NCBI RefSeq assembly: GCF_002113885.1
Contig: NW_018408750.1
Span: 66,168-130,167 of the forward strand
Direction: 5' to 3'
Origin: Mizuhopecten yessoensis
Lineage: Eukaryota
Length of the DNA stretch: 64,000 nucleotides
In this document: positions 63,349-64,000 of the stretch, one piece after another
How positions within the stretch are numbered: position 1 is the stretch's first letter
Layout: every line of letters begins with the position of its first letter
Made by a program: the position numbers and the translations under genes
Notes under the pieces: generated by a model
What the model was told of the DNA's origin: nothing
What the model saw: the letters and a program-made list of their open reading frames with translations, nothing else
Database searches by the model: none

Positions 63349-64000
63349 GTAAGTATTATATAATTAATCATAAACAGAACTATAATTGATTAAAACATTT
63401 AGGTTCTGAATTTATCTATGTTATACTGGATCTATACTACTGTTCATGTGCCCACCTGTTACACTAATGTTTTGTTCCATTCAAAAATCATATCATATTT
63501 TTTCCTACTTTTATCGATTTTCTGAAATAAACTAATTGTTTATTAGGGAAATACTCCAATAGTAAACAAAGCCAGTTATAGCAGCCGTTTCTATTAAGCC
63601 GATACACATGATACTATTGTGGTTTAAATACAACGATACATTTATAACCCAATGCTAGATAACACGATGCTGATTAAAACCACATGCAATAGATACATTC
63701 CAGTAAGCTTACACGTTTCGAATTCTTAAAACAGTATTTACCTTACTTTCTGCCCTTACCTGGAGACGGATACTTCATATGTTTGATCTAGTTTTTACTT
63801 ACTCCATTCTGTGTGTTTCTCTTTGATTCCTCCTTGCTGATATTAAATATGCTATTATATTCGTGTATTTGATTGTTCAATAAGAAGTTTGAAAACATAT
63901 TAACAAGTGAACTTGTATTTATCGCCGGTTTATGAAAGGATTGAGCCGGCGTTAAATACTAGTTCACTACTTATGTTTGCAGTTCGTTGACACTTTGATG

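Overview
AT-rich animal genomic DNA, most likely a bivalve mollusc (inferred from perlucin-like lectins and repeat types). The window holds a tandem cluster of secreted single-domain long-form C-type lectin genes that the ORF track mostly misses because they are spliced. Four complete 5-exon genes were assembled by hand: CTL-1 1603-5624(-), CTL-2 12950-20680(-), CTL-3 39977-49235(-) and CTL-4 57695-61757(+). Exon 1 of a fifth gene lies at 63318-63348(+). All four share intron phases 1/0/1/2. Their sugar-binding motifs differ (FPN, EPD, QPD, QPD), and each ends in a tiny separate exon encoding [IV][IV]G(K/RR)-stop, a putative amidation signal. A full-length CR1-like LINE with intact ORF1 and ORF2, a 13-bp target-site duplication and a virus-like 2A motif (DIESNPGP) sits between the divergent CTL-3/CTL-4 pair. 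CTL-3 introns carry Penelope-type minimal hammerhead ribozyme motifs and a TA-flanked TIR element with a nested Crypton remnant. The remainder is satellites (77, 54 with a 321-bp higher-order repeat, 44, 51 and 27 bp), a SINE, MITEs and a decayed ISL2EU/Harbinger-like transposase. All calls come from reading the sequence; no searches were run.
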